The notes under the pieces were generated by a model. That model was not told the origin of the DNA and searched no databases. It worked only from the letters and a program-made list of their open reading frames with translations. Positions 10,143-20,887 of a stretch of DNA of 62,260 nucleotides are shown here, in pieces; positions within the stretch are counted from its first letter, which is position 1, and the number at the start of each line of letters is the position of its first letter. The position numbers were made by a program, and so were the translations under genes. Origin of the DNA: Paracoccaceae bacterium (GTDB taxonomy: Bacteria > Pseudomonadota > Alphaproteobacteria > Rhodobacterales > Rhodobacteraceae); NCBI GenBank assembly GCA_007126375.1, contig SLBI01000106.1:1-62260 (forward strand), in the 5' to 3' direction.

Positions 10143-10664
10143 ATGGCCATGATCTGGAGGATCTGGGACCGGATGCTGGACCTGCTCGCGGCATTGTCCG
10201 CGCTGGTGATCGCGGTCATGGCGCTGGGGATCTGCTACGACATCACCCTGCGGTATCTCGGGGTGCGGCGTGGTGCGATCTGGGTGTTCGACTATGTCGA
10301 ATACGGCATGCTGTTCGTGACCTGCGCCATGGCCGCATATGTCGCGCGGGCCGGGCGGCATGTCGAGGTGGATCTTCTCCTCATCGTCCTGCCGCAGACG
10401 GCCGCCCGTATCCTGCGGGTGTTTTCGGCAATCGCCATGACGGCGATCTCCTTCACGCTCTTTCGTTACGCCTTGCGGGCAACTCTGCAATCCTATGAGC
10501 AGGGATCGTTCATCTTTCGCGTCGTGCTGATCCCCGAGTGGATGCCGTTCGCGGCTATCGCGGTGATGTTCCTGTCGTTGGGGATCGAGGGCCTGCGCCG
10601 GACATGGCTGGTGCTGCAGCGGCGCCAGGAACTGCCTGGCGGCCCATCCGAAAAAGCCTTCTGA
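10143..10664 (+). CDS. dctQ: TRAP transporter small permease
   Basis: Four hydrophobic segments, GRHVEVD motif. Confidence 0.88.
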   Translation: MAMIWRIWDRMLDLLAALSALVIAVMALGICYDITLRYLGVRRGAIWVFDYVEYGMLFVTCAMAAYVARAGRHVEVDLLLIVLPQTAARILRVFSAIAMTAISFTLFRYALRATLQSYEQGSFIFRVVLIPEWMPFAAIAVMFLSLGIEGLRRTWLVLQRRQELPGGPSEKAF

Positions 10665-10683
10665 AAACCCCGGGGGACCGAGC

Positions 10684-11994
10684 GTGGAATGGTACTGGGT
10701 CATCGTGATCCTGTTGGGTACGACCATCACTCTGATGGCGCTCGGCCTGCCCGTTGCCTTCGCCTTTTTCGGCTCCAGCATGCTGGGGGCGATCCTGTTC
10801 CTCGGTGGCGAGCGCGGCCTGGTGCAGGTGACCCGGAATACGGTCGATTCCGTGGCCAGTTTCACGCTGGCGCCGTTGCTCATGTTCATTCTGATGGGCG
10901 ATGTGCTCTTCCGATCGGGCCTGGCGGTGAAGTGCATCGACGCCATCGAGCGGCTCTTCACCAAGGTTCCGGGGCGTCTGTCGCTGGCCGCGGTTGGCGG
11001 CGGGGTGGTGTTTTCGGCGCTGTCGGGATCGAGCATGGCCAACACCGCGATGCTGGGCAGCACGCTGATCCCCGAGATGCGCCGGCGCGGCTATCATCCG
11101 TCCATCTCGATGGGGCCGATCATGGCGGTGGGCGGCGTGGCGATGCTGATACCGCCGTCGAACATGGCGATCCTGCTCGGCACCATATCGCAGATCCCGA
11201 TCAGCTATCTGCTGATCGGCGGGATCGTGCCCGGGCTTCTCATCGGTTTCACACATGCCGGAATCGTGCTGGCCCGGGTGCTGATCAACCCGGCCTTGGC
11301 GCCGACCTACGATCTGCCGCCGATGACCCTTTGGCAGCGGGTTGGTCCGTTCATCGTCTATGTCGTGCCGCTGATGACGCTGTTCGTCGTCGTCGTCGGC
11401 AGCATCCTTGCCGGGTTCGCTACGCCTACTGAATCGGCTGCGCTTGGGGCGGTGACAGCGCTGATCCTGACGGTTCTCTACCGCCGCTTCAGTCTGCGCA
11501 TGCTTTATGAGTCTCTGGTCGGCGCGGCGGTGATCGGTGCGATGATGCTGCTGATCATCGCGGGTTCGAGCACTTTCTCACAGGTACTCGCCTTCACCGG
11601 TGCAACGCGGCAACTGGTGGCGCTGGTGACAACGATCGATCCCGATCCGGTCGTGGTGGTGATCGGGATGCTCATGATCCTGCTGTTGCTGGGCATGATC
11701 ATGGATTCGCTGTCGATGATCCTGCTGACGGTGCCCTTGTTCATCCCGCTTGCGCAGGCCCTGGGCATCGACGTCATCTGGCTGGGCCTGCTGATGCTCC
11801 TGGCCATCGAGATCAGTGGCATGACGCCGCCGTTTGGTCTGCTGCTCTTCGCGATGAAGGGGGTCTCGCCCCCGGGCACGACGACGATGATGATCTATCG
11901 TGCCGTGACGCCTTTCGTGATCGCCGAACTGATCCTGCTCGGCATCCTGATCGCCTGGCCTCCCCTGATCACCTATCTGCCCTCGCTGATGTAG
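10684..11994 (+). CDS. dctM: TRAP transporter large permease
   Basis: SGSS.A, LIPPS, TPTES and TPPFG motifs; very hydrophobic. Confidence 0.93.
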   Translation: MEWYWVIVILLGTTITLMALGLPVAFAFFGSSMLGAILFLGGERGLVQVTRNTVDSVASFTLAPLLMFILMGDVLFRSGLAVKCIDAIERLFTKVPGRLSLAAVGGGVVFSALSGSSMANTAMLGSTLIPEMRRRGYHPSISMGPIMAVGGVAMLIPPSNMAILLGTISQIPISYLLIGGIVPGLLIGFTHAGIVLARVLINPALAPTYDLPPMTLWQRVGPFIVYVVPLMTLFVVVVGSILAGFATPTESAALGAVTALILTVLYRRFSLRMLYESLVGAAVIGAMMLLIIAGSSTFSQVLAFTGATRQLVALVTTIDPDPVVVVIGMLMILLLLGMIMDSLSMILLTVPLFIPLAQALGIDVIWLGLLMLLAIEISGMTPPFGLLLFAMKGVSPPGTTTMMIYRAVTPFVIAELILLGILIAWPPLITYLPSLM

Positions 11995-12178
11995 CGCCAA
12001 GCCCGCCGGGCCTGGGCGCGGCCCCATCTGACCGGATACCCGTCCTTCAGGCGAGGCTGCATCCAACAGAAATCATTGACAACTCGCTACTTGGCGGACT
12101 AGGTCTTCATAAAGTTGGACGTGTTAGTCCAAAAATGACCGCATGGCCGACAGGGCCGGCGCAACGGGGGAAGTGGCC

Positions 12179-14284
12179 ATGGACGCGGGGCGGAGCGCGC
12201 GGATCGGGGTCGATATCGGCGGGACCTTCACCGACATCGTTCTGCAGACGGCCGACGGCGAGCTGCATCAGAGCAAGGTGCCGACACGACCGGACGACAT
12301 GGCGGCCGCGGTGGTGGAGGGGATGGGGGCGCTGCTCGGGTCCGTGGGCCTGCCGCCGGATACGGTGCGCGAGGTGGTGCATGGGACCACCGTCGGCTCG
12401 AACGCCATCCTGCAGCGGCGCGGCGCGCGCACCGGGCTGATCACCACCCACGGCTTTCGCGATGTCCTGGAGATCGGGCGCATCCGGACGCCCGAGATGT
12501 TCGACCTGTCCTGGGTGAAGCCCGAACCGCTGGTACCGCGGCGCTGGCGGGTCGAGGTGGAAGAGCGCATCGGCGCCGACGGCGCCATCGTGCGCCCGCT
12601 GGACCGCGACGGGCTGCTGGAACGCTGCGCGTGGCTGGTGTCCGAGGGGGTGGAGGCTGTGGCGATCTGTTTTCTCAACAGCTACGTCAACCCGGCGCAT
12701 GAGCAGGCTGCGCGGGAGGCCATCTCCGCGGCCTTCCCCGATCTCGTCCTCACAGCCAGCTGCGATGTGCTGCCCGAGATCAAGGAATACGAGCGGACCT
12801 CCACCACTGTGGTGAATGCGTATCTGCTGAAGGAGATGCGCGCCTACCTCGAACGGTTGTCCGAGCAGCTCGCCACCGCCGGGTTCGACGCGCCGCTACT
12901 GGTGATGTCCTCGGCCGGGGGCGTGATGGGGGCGGGGCAAGTCGCCCAGAAGCCGGTGTTCGCCGTCGGCTCGGGGCCGGCCGGCGGGGTGATCGGCGCG
13001 GCACGGCTGAGCCAGGAAAGCGGCGTCCGCCACGCCATCGTCTTCGACATGGGCGGCACCACGGCCAAGGCCTCGGTGGTCGACGACGGTGCGCCGATGC
13101 TGACCTCGGAATACGAGTTCCGCGATGGCATCTCCAGCCCGAGCCGCTTCGTCAAGGGTGGTGGCTACATGCTGAAGGTGCCGGCGATCGACATTGCCGA
13201 GGTGGGCGCCGGCGGCGGCTCCATCGCCTGGATCGACGCGGGCGGGCTTCTGCGCGTCGGCCCGCACTCGGCTGGGGCCGATCCAGGACCGGCGGCCTAT
13301 GGCGCCGGCAACGGCCTGCCGACCGTGACCGACGCAAATGTGCACCTCGGCCTCCTGAACCCCGTCGCGCTGGCAGGCGGGACCATGCCCATTCACGCCG
13401 CACTGGCGACCGAGGCGCTGCGCAGGCACGTCGCCGAGCCGCTGGGACTGAGCGTGGACGCCGCCGCGCATGGCGTGCGCGAGCTGGCCAATGCCGCCAT
13501 GGCGCGGGCGATCCGGGCGGTGACGGTGGAATCGGGCCGCGACCCGCGCGACTTCACGCTGATCGCCTGCGGCGGCTCCGGGCCACTGCATGCTGCCGAC
13601 CTCGCGCGCCAGCTTGGCATCGGCCGGGTTGTGGTGCCGATCATGTCGGGGGTGTTCTGCTCGGTCGGCATGCTCGCCTCGGATGTGGAGCACAATCTCT
13701 CGCGCGCGCTCGTTGCGCAGCTGGACGATTGCGCGGCCGAGGATTTCGACGCGGTGGCGGGCGCGCTGCGGGACGAGGCCGAGGCGGTGCTACGGGCCGA
13801 AGGCTTTGCCGCGAACCGGATCGGCCTCGGCTTCGCGGCCGACATGCGCTATCTCGGCCAGTCGGCCGACCTGACCGTACCTTTCGCACCGGGGCCCTTC
13901 GGCCCCGACCTGCGCGAGCGACTGCGGACAGATTTCCTGGCCGCCTACCATGCCGCCTTCGGCTATGCCGACGATACCGCGGTGGAGCTGGTGACGTTGC
14001 GCGTCGCGGCATCGGGCGCGCGCGAGGCGCCGCTGCGCTTCACCGGCGCGGGGGCACGTGTGGCGGGAGCCGATGGCATTGCCGCGAGCGAACGGATGGT
14101 TGCCTTCGGACGCGACGCGCCCTTTGCCCCCGTCCCGGTCGTCGGCCGCGACGCCATCACGTCCACGCCCCGACCCGGCCCGCTGGTGATCGAGGCCTAC
14201 GACACCACCGTCGCCGTGCCGCCGAGCTGCAGCGTTGCCGTTGACAACTGCGGCAGCCTTGTCCTGACGCTCGACGATCTCTGA
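12179..14284 (+). CDS. Hydantoinase A/5-oxoprolinase ATP-binding subunit
   Basis: GVDIGGTFTD, EYERTSTT, DMGGTT and SAGADPGPA. ATG 12179 has a GGGGAAG RBS; alternative start 12143. Confidence 0.93.
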   Translation: MDAGRSARIGVDIGGTFTDIVLQTADGELHQSKVPTRPDDMAAAVVEGMGALLGSVGLPPDTVREVVHGTTVGSNAILQRRGARTGLITTHGFRDVLEIGRIRTPEMFDLSWVKPEPLVPRRWRVEVEERIGADGAIVRPLDRDGLLERCAWLVSEGVEAVAICFLNSYVNPAHEQAAREAISAAFPDLVLTASCDVLPEIKEYERTSTTVVNAYLLKEMRAYLERLSEQLATAGFDAPLLVMSSAGGVMGAGQVAQKPVFAVGSGPAGGVIGAARLSQESGVRHAIVFDMGGTTAKASVVDDGAPMLTSEYEFRDGISSPSRFVKGGGYMLKVPAIDIAEVGAGGGSIAWIDAGGLLRVGPHSAGADPGPAAYGAGNGLPTVTDANVHLGLLNPVALAGGTMPIHAALATEALRRHVAEPLGLSVDAAAHGVRELANAAMARAIRAVTVESGRDPRDFTLIACGGSGPLHAADLARQLGIGRVVVPIMSGVFCSVGMLASDVEHNLSRALVAQLDDCAAEDFDAVAGALRDEAEAVLRAEGFAANRIGLGFAADMRYLGQSADLTVPFAPGPFGPDLRERLRTDFLAAYHAAFGYADDTAVELVTLRVAASGAREAPLRFTGAGARVAGADGIAASERMVAFGRDAPFAPVPVVGRDAITSTPRPGPLVIEAYDTTVAVPPSCSVAVDNCGSLVLTLDDL

Positions 14285-14295
14285 GGGAGCCGCCG

Positions 14296-16026
14296 GTGCA
14301 GACAGATCCGATCACCTTCGCCGTCATCAAGAACGCGCTCGACAGTATTGCCGACGAGATGGCCTATACCGTGCTGCGCACCGCCCGGTCCGAGATCGTC
14401 AAGGACGTCATGGACTATTCGGCCGCGGTCTGCGGCCGCGACGGGTCGATGCTGGCGCAGGCCAAGACCATCGCGCTGCACCTGGGGGCCGTGCCAGAGG
14501 CGATGGCACATGTCTTCGAACGCTTCGGCGACGACATCAATCCAGGCGACGCAATCATCCTGAACGACCCCTATCAGGGCGGCATGCATCTTCCTGACAT
14601 CTTCATGTTCGTGCCGATCTTCCACGACGACGCGCTTCAGGGGTTCGGGGTCGTCATCTGTCATCACACGGATGTCGGCGGCCGGGTGCCCGGCTCGAAC
14701 GCCAGCGACTCGACCGAGATCTATCAGGAAGGGCTGCGCCTGCCGGTGCTCAAGCTCTACGACCGCGGCAAGCCCAACGCGATGCTGTTCGAGATCATCG
14801 AGCGCAACGTCCGCCTGCCCGACCGGGTGATCGGCGACCTCAAGGCGCAATATGCCGCCTGCCATGTCGGCGCCCGCGAGATTCGCAAGCTGTTCGATCG
14901 CTACGGGGTCGAGACCTGCCAGGGTTATTTTTCGGAATTGCTCGACTATGCCGAGCGGATGACGCGCGAACAGATCGCCGCCTGGCCCGATGGCACCTGG
15001 CATTTCATCGACCATCTGGACAACGACGGCTTCACCGACACGCCCATTCCGATCTCCGTCGCCATCACCGTCGAAGGCGACCAGCTGATCGTCGATTACG
15101 AAGGCAGCGCGGCGCAGGTTCCGGCGGCGCTCAACTCCACCAAGTCCTATACCAACTCCTGCACCTATCTCTCGGTGCGCTCGGTCCTGAAGGGAGACGT
15201 GCCGAACAACGCCGGCGTGTTCCGCTGCATCGAGGTACGCGCGCCGAAGGCCTCGATCCTGGATCCGGTGCTGCCCGCAGCCTGCGCGGCCCGCGCGCTG
15301 ACCGGCTACCGGGTGGTGGACGCGATGCTGGGGGCGCTGGCGCAGATCGTGCCCGACCGGGTGCCGGCGGCGGGCGAGGGCGGCAACACCGTCGTCTCGC
15401 TCGGCGGCTATGTCGAGGGCCGGCCCTTCATCATCGTCGACATGATCTGCGGCGCCTGGGGCGGGCGGCCCGACCGCGACGGGGTGGAGGCGATCACCAA
15501 CCCCTCGCAGAACCTCTCGAACACGCCGGTGGAGGTGATGGAGCGCCAGCATCCCGTCCGGATCGAGGATTATGCGCTGATCCGTGACAGCGCCGGACCT
15601 GGTAAGTGGCGCGGCGGGCTGGGGATCGCGCGCGCTTACCGGCTGCTGTCCCCGTCCGCCAGCTTGCAACTGCGGTCCGACCGTGTCACGCATCAGCCCT
15701 ACGGGCTTGCCGGCGGCGGTTGCGGTCGCGCGACCCACAACACGCTGACGACGGGCGACAAAGAGGTCGCCCTGCTGGGCAAGGTGACGAGGACGATGGT
15801 GCAGGGTCAGGTGCTGCGTCACGAGCAGGCCGGAGCGGGCGGCTTTGGCGATCCGCTGGAACGTGCCCCCGAACATGTCGCGCAGGATGTCTGGAACGAC
15901 AAGATCAGCGCCGCCTACGCGCTGCGCTGGCACGGCGTGGTGGTCGATCCCGCGACCGGTGCCCTCGATGCCGAGGCGACCGCGCGTGAGCGGGCCTGCC
16001 GCCTGGCACCGGAGACGCCCGCGTGA
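14296..16026 (+). CDS. Hydantoinase B/5-oxoprolinase subunit
   Basis: NDPYQGGMHLPD, HHTDVGG, EIYQEG and GGGFGDP motifs. Confidence 0.93.
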   Translation: MQTDPITFAVIKNALDSIADEMAYTVLRTARSEIVKDVMDYSAAVCGRDGSMLAQAKTIALHLGAVPEAMAHVFERFGDDINPGDAIILNDPYQGGMHLPDIFMFVPIFHDDALQGFGVVICHHTDVGGRVPGSNASDSTEIYQEGLRLPVLKLYDRGKPNAMLFEIIERNVRLPDRVIGDLKAQYAACHVGAREIRKLFDRYGVETCQGYFSELLDYAERMTREQIAAWPDGTWHFIDHLDNDGFTDTPIPISVAITVEGDQLIVDYEGSAAQVPAALNSTKSYTNSCTYLSVRSVLKGDVPNNAGVFRCIEVRAPKASILDPVLPAACAARALTGYRVVDAMLGALAQIVPDRVPAAGEGGNTVVSLGGYVEGRPFIIVDMICGAWGGRPDRDGVEAITNPSQNLSNTPVEVMERQHPVRIEDYALIRDSAGPGKWRGGLGIARAYRLLSPSASLQLRSDRVTHQPYGLAGGGCGRATHNTLTTGDKEVALLGKVTRTMVQGQVLRHEQAGAGGFGDPLERAPEHVAQDVWNDKISAAYALRWHGVVVDPATGALDAEATARERACRLAPETPA

Positions 16027-16757
16027 GCCATTCCGACGAGCAGTCCGCGCCGACGCCCGCTCGGCCGCGCCGGCGCAATCGCCCGAATGTCACCCGCGAA
16101 CGGATCGTGCGGGCCGCGTATGACGAGTTCGCCGAAAGCGGCTATGACGGCGCTCGTATCGATCGCATCGTCGACCGTGCAGAGATCTCGAAGAACCTGC
16201 TCTACCACCATTTCACCGGAAAGGAGGAGCTGTTCGTCCGGGTGATGGAGATCGTCTACCAGGAGATGCGCCAGAACCATCAGGACCTGGAACTGGTCGA
16301 TCTCGACCCGCGCGAGGCGATGGCGAGGCTGGTCAGCCATACCTTCAAGCATTTCGTCGAGAGCCCCCACGCCGTCAGCCTGATGAACAGCGAGAACCTT
16401 CACCGCGCGGCGCATATCCGGAAATCCAAGCTGATCCGGAACATGTACAACCCGCTGCTGGAGAACATCACCCTGATCCTGCGCAAGGGGCAGGCGGCGG
16501 GGTTCTTCCGCGACAACGTCGATCCGATCGAGCTCTACATCTCGATCTCCGGGCTGGGCTATTTCTTCCTGTCGAACCAGTACACGCTGGGCACGATCTT
16601 CAATCGCAAGCTGACCACCGCACAGGGCATCCGCGCCCGCCACGACCACATCGTCGAGATGGTGCTCGCCTATCTCCACCAGAAGGGCCCCCTGCCCAAG
16701 GTCGAAATGGAACGTGGCACCGCCAGACGCCGCCCGCGCCCCGCAGCACCAGACTGA
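16023..16757 (+). CDS. TetR family regulator (NicS/RutR-like C-terminal domain)
   Basis: HTH GYDGARID..., LYHHFTGKEELF; C-terminal YISISGLGYFFLSNQYTL. Confidence 0.9.
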   Translation: MSHSDEQSAPTPARPRRRNRPNVTRERIVRAAYDEFAESGYDGARIDRIVDRAEISKNLLYHHFTGKEELFVRVMEIVYQEMRQNHQDLELVDLDPREAMARLVSHTFKHFVESPHAVSLMNSENLHRAAHIRKSKLIRNMYNPLLENITLILRKGQAAGFFRDNVDPIELYISISGLGYFFLSNQYTLGTIFNRKLTTAQGIRARHDHIVEMVLAYLHQKGPLPKVEMERGTARRRPRPAAPD

Positions 16758-16763
16758 CTGGCC

Positions 16764-17756
16764 TCAGGCCTCTGCCACTCGCGAAGGAGCCGCTGCAGTT
16801 GCTGCCGCGGCAAGGAACCGCGCAAGGCTCTGGCGGATCACCGTCTCCTCAAGTCCCGAAGTGATGAACACCAGGCCGGGTGGCTGGCCGGCCGTCGCCT
16901 CCGGTTCCAGATGAACTGGCGGATACATCATGTGCTGCACGCCATGGATCACCAGCGGCTTGCCGGTGGAGCGCAGCGTCACCATCCCCTTTACCCGCAG
17001 GATCCGGTCGCCGTGGCGATGCAGCAGCGCCGACAGCCAGACGGTAAAGACGGGCCAGTCGATGGCCTCGTCCAGCCGCAGCACGAAAGACCGCGTCGTG
17101 TGGCCCGTGGCAGGCGTGGGCGCAGACGGCATGGCCGAAACTGCGGTGCCGCGGGAGGCAAGAAGCGCGGCAACGTCGAAGTCCGGCTCCTGCGCGTCGA
17201 GGATCTCGGCGTCGGGGGCGAGCGCCCGAACCGCCTCCTCCAGCGCCTCGCGCTCGGCCGCATCGCGCAAATCAGACTTCGTGATGACAATCCGGTCGGC
17301 CATGGCCACCTGCCGTACCGCCTCGCCCCCGCGGGCCAGCGATGCGATGCCGTTGACCGCGTCCAGCACCGCCACCACCGCCGTCAGCCGCACGTTGTTG
17401 CGCAGCCACGGGTCCTGCAGGATGGTCGCGATGATCGGTGCGGGATCGGCCATGCCCGAGGTCTCGATCAGCGCCGCGTCGATTCCGGCCGCCCCTTCCT
17501 GCCGGGCGCGTTGAACCAACTGGTGCAACGACCGGGAGATGTCGGCGCGGCGGGCGCAGCATAGGCAGCCGCTGGCCAGCAGTTCCAGATGCTCGGCGGC
17601 ATGGACGAAGAACATCTGGTCGAGGCCGATCTCGCCGAACTCGTTGACGACGACGCCCACCCTGTCTGGCCGTCGCGCCAGATGGCGCCGGATCAGCGTG
17701 GTCTTTCCGCTGCCGAGAAAGCCCGTGACGATGGCAAGCGGAATCGACTCAGACAT
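16764..17756 (-). CDS. CobW/COG0523 family GTPase metallochaperone
   Basis: [25 protein letters not shown] and LRVKG...HGVQH. Start 17756 overlaps the upstream gene end. Confidence 0.92.
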   Translation of the reverse strand: MSESIPLAIVTGFLGSGKTTLIRRHLARRPDRVGVVVNEFGEIGLDQMFFVHAAEHLELLASGCLCCARRADISRSLHQLVQRARQEGAAGIDAALIETSGMADPAPIIATILQDPWLRNNVRLTAVVAVLDAVNGIASLARGGEAVRQVAMADRIVITKSDLRDAAEREALEEAVRALAPDAEILDAQEPDFDVAALLASRGTAVSAMPSAPTPATGHTTRSFVLRLDEAIDWPVFTVWLSALLHRHGDRILRVKGMVTLRSTGKPLVIHGVQHMMYPPVHLEPEATAGQPPGLVFITSGLEETVIRQSLARFLAAAATAAAPSRVAEA

Positions 17757-18072
17757 GGCTGAGCCCGGCGAGAAAACCGTCCTCCAGCGGATCGACCGGC
17801 CGGCCCGACAACGCCTCGGCCACAGCCCAGATATCGGCCAGCGTCGGTGCAAGGCGCGACCGGCCGGATCGGTCGATGACTTCCGCCGCCTCGCCGTCCC
17901 AGTCCTCGACCGACAGCCCGGCCGGCGCCAGCAGCCGGCCGATCAGGGCCAGCCGCCGGGCCCGTTCGGCGCGGTAGAATCGGATGTCCTCGAACGGAAA
18001 CCGCTCGTTCCGCGCCCGTCCGAAATCGCTCCAGTGCTCGCCGGCCCCGAAGATCGCACAGACCTCGCACAT
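17749..18072 (-). CDS. Small hypothetical protein with N-terminal CxxC...HW motif
   Basis: MCEVC...EHWSD; GAGGGGG RBS; fills the gap between the amidohydrolase and CobW genes. Confidence 0.8.
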   Translation of the reverse strand: MCEVCAIFGAGEHWSDFGRARNERFPFEDIRFYRAERARRLALIGRLLAPAGLSVEDWDGEAAEVIDRSGRSRLAPTLADIWAVAEALSGRPVDPLEDGFLAGLSHV

Positions 18073-18085
18073 CGCTCGCCCCCCC

Positions 18086-19480
18086 TCAGCGTGCCTTCGC
18101 CGCCGTGCCGGGCACGAAGCGCCCGGTGCCGGGGCTCGACTTTACCACGCCATCCTGCATGATCACCTGCCCGCGCAGGATGCCCCAGACGGCGGCGCCC
18201 TGCGCCTCCATGCCTATCCAGCTGGTATGCCCGCATTTCGACAGCATGTCCTCGTGGCGGAAGGACACGCGGCGCGCCATGTCCACGATGGTGAAATCCG
18301 CATCCGATCCGATCTGGATCACCCCCTTCCGCGGATAGATCCCGAAGGTCCGCGCCGGCTGTTCGGCGACATGGCGCGCCACCTGATGCAGCGTCAGCTT
18401 GCCCTCGTTCACTGCATTCAAAAGGAGCGGCACGAATTCCTGCGCCCCCGTCATGCCCAGCGGCACCGAGAAATTGTCCTGCCAGCCGGGTTCCACATCC
18501 TCGAGGCTGTGCGGCGCATGCTCGAGCACCAGGAAATCCGCCACCCCGTCGGCGATGCTCTGCCAGGCCGCCTCGGGGCTGTGGCCCCAGCTGTAGGTGA
18601 AAGGCCCGACCTTTTCCATCTGCTCCCGCGTCATGAACATCGAGGCAAGCTCCAGCTCGGCGGTGACGTCCTGCCCGAGGTCGTGCTTGGCGTGGCGGAT
18701 CATCTCGTAGGCGCCGACCGGCATCACGCCCAGATGCAGCACATGCAGCCGCGCGCCAGCCACCCGCGCATAGTAGAGTGAGGCGGCAAGCCCCGCCACC
18801 ATGCCGTGGCCATACATGTAACCCTTCTGGAAAGACTCGTGATAGGCCATCGCGTCGGTTCGGCCCTTCTCGATATAGTCACGGAACGTCAGCCGCTTGC
18901 ACCATTCCGGATCGTCATGGTGGACCGAGGCGACAAGGCCGCAGTCGCGCACCGCCTCGTAGATTTCATACAGCACGCCGTGATCCAGCACGCCGAGTTC
19001 CGAGATGTAGGGATAGACCTCCTTGATGTGGCGGGTGTTGAACACCTTGATGCCGATGGCGCCGGCGCCGGCCAGGGCCTCGACCGTGCGCGGGTAGAGC
19101 CCGCCGCCGTAGAGCGCATAGTCGGTGTGCGCCTTGGGCGCGACCAGACCCTTCTTCTCCTCGAAGGTCTCCAGCGTCGTCGGATGCGGCGTGTTGTTGG
19201 TCATGTCGATGCACAACGTGATGCCACCCGACGCCGCCGCCCGCGAGCCGGTCTCGAAATCCTCCTTGTAGGTGTGGCCCGGTTCGCGAAAGTGGCAATG
19301 CACGTGCCAGAGTCCCGGCAACACCTCCAGCCCCTTCGCGTCGATCCGCCGCTTCGCCGCCTCGAACGGACCGCCGATGCCGACGATGCGTTCGTCCCGC
19401 ACGGCGATGTCGGCGACATAGCTCGCGGTGGGCGACCAGATGCGGCCGTTCTCGATCACGAGGTCATAGGGGGCGGACAT
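18086..19480 (-). CDS. Dihydroorotase/allantoinase-like cyclic amidohydrolase
   Basis: HCHFREPG, EDFETGSRAAASGG, GIKVF, HAPH and KGVIQIGSDADF. Start 19480 after GAGGAG. Confidence 0.9.
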   Translation of the reverse strand: MSAPYDLVIENGRIWSPTASYVADIAVRDERIVGIGGPFEAAKRRIDAKGLEVLPGLWHVHCHFREPGHTYKEDFETGSRAAASGGITLCIDMTNNTPHPTTLETFEEKKGLVAPKAHTDYALYGGGLYPRTVEALAGAGAIGIKVFNTRHIKEVYPYISELGVLDHGVLYEIYEAVRDCGLVASVHHDDPEWCKRLTFRDYIEKGRTDAMAYHESFQKGYMYGHGMVAGLAASLYYARVAGARLHVLHLGVMPVGAYEMIRHAKHDLGQDVTAELELASMFMTREQMEKVGPFTYSWGHSPEAAWQSIADGVADFLVLEHAPHSLEDVEPGWQDNFSVPLGMTGAQEFVPLLLNAVNEGKLTLHQVARHVAEQPARTFGIYPRKGVIQIGSDADFTIVDMARRVSFRHEDMLSKCGHTSWIGMEAQGAAVWGILRGQVIMQDGVVKSSPGTGRFVPGTAAKAR

Positions 19481-20750
19481 CGGTAGTCTCCTCTGCAGAA
19501 GCGGGGCGTGGGGCGTCGGGCCACAGGCGGCCGGGCTCGAAGGGGCTGGCTTCATCGGCCGCGGCGGTGCCCGCCATCCGCCGCGCCAGCAGATCACCGC
19601 TGCCAGCCGCGAGGGACAGCCCGACATGATGATGCCCGACGTTCAGCCAGATCCCCGGTCGGCCGGGCAGCGGCCCGATCGCGGGCAGCCCGTCGGGCAG
19701 GCTCGGGCGACTGCCCATCCAGGCACGGTCTTCCACCGGCGGGCCAAGCGCTGCGAGGGCGCGTGCGGCCTGCACGGCACGGCGGATCTGAGCCTCCTGC
19801 GGCGGTGCGTCGCGCGCTGCGATCTCGACGCCCGAAGTCACGCGCACGCCCGCGCTCTGCGGCGTCATCACATAGCCGCCGGCGATGTCGTGCACGGGTC
19901 TGCGCAGCGATGGCCCCGGCCCCGGCGAAAGATGCAGGTGATAGCCCCGTTCGAAGAACATCGGCAGTCGAAACCCCAGCGGCGCCAGAAGATCCGCCGA
20001 CCATGGGCCCGCCGCCACCACTACTGACCCTGCCGAAACACAACCGTCGGAATGAAGAATCCGCCATCCGGCGCCATCCGGCGCGATACCGGTCACCGCC
20101 GTCTGTGCAAACCGGCCGCCGAGGCGAAGGAAATGCGCCATGTAGCGTTCGCTCAGTGTTCTCGGGCTGGACAGCGAGCAGGCGTTCTCCAGCAGCAACC
20201 CGCCAGCGCAACCTGGCGCCAGTGCCGGCTCGAGCGCGCGCAGATCCCCGGCATCGAGGAACCGGTGCACGGTGCCCGAGCGGCGCAGAAGTTCGAGGTC
20301 GAGCGCGAATCCCGCTGCCACCTTCGATGTGCGGAAAAGCTTCAGCCAGCCGGTCTCGCGCAGAATGTTCGTGGCCTCCGCCTCGGCGATCCAGGTTCGG
20401 TGCAACGTCAGCGAGGTGCGCAGCAGCCTGTGGAGCGCGACGGCACGCGTAGCGTCGTGATCGGGGTCGCGCATCATGCGTACAAGCAGTGCCGCGGCCG
20501 CCGGCCAGTGACCCGGTGCGATACGCACTGCCCGGTCGCGCCCCAACAGGATCCGCGGAAGGCGGCGCAGCAGTTCCCTGCCGCCGGGTATGCGCCATGG
20601 GCTTTCCACCAGCACGCCGGTGTTGCCGTGGGAGGTTTCCGCCCCCGGCGCGCCGCGGTCGAGCAGCAGGACGTCAAGACCGGCACGCCGCAGCGCAAGC
20701 GCGGAACAGATGCCGATGATGCCGGCGCCGACGATCACATGATCGACCAT
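19464..20750 (-). CDS. FAD-dependent oxidoreductase, D-amino acid dehydrogenase (DadA/DAO) family
   Basis: VIVGAGIIG, ETSHGN.G, RGYH, WMGSRPSLPDGLP and GHHHVGL. Start uncertain (20750 or 20807). Confidence 0.88.
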   Translation of the reverse strand: MVDHVIVGAGIIGICSALALRRAGLDVLLLDRGAPGAETSHGNTGVLVESPWRIPGGRELLRRLPRILLGRDRAVRIAPGHWPAAAALLVRMMRDPDHDATRAVALHRLLRTSLTLHRTWIAEAEATNILRETGWLKLFRTSKVAAGFALDLELLRRSGTVHRFLDAGDLRALEPALAPGCAGGLLLENACSLSSPRTLSERYMAHFLRLGGRFAQTAVTGIAPDGAGWRILHSDGCVSAGSVVVAAGPWSADLLAPLGFRLPMFFERGYHLHLSPGPGPSLRRPVHDIAGGYVMTPQSAGVRVTSGVEIAARDAPPQEAQIRRAVQAARALAALGPPVEDRAWMGSRPSLPDGLPAIGPLPGRPGIWLNVGHHHVGLSLAAGSGDLLARRMAGTAAADEASPFEPGRLWPDAPRPASAEETTDVRPL

Positions 20751-20887
20751 GCTCACCGTTCGGTCGATGCGAAAGCGTGCCAAGGCTGTTGCCCGAAACT
20801 GTGGCATTGCCTCTCGGGTGCCGTGCCCCCGAATGACCTGCTTCCAAAAAAGCCTTGCAAAGCCAATGTGCAATCCGTTAGCTTTGA

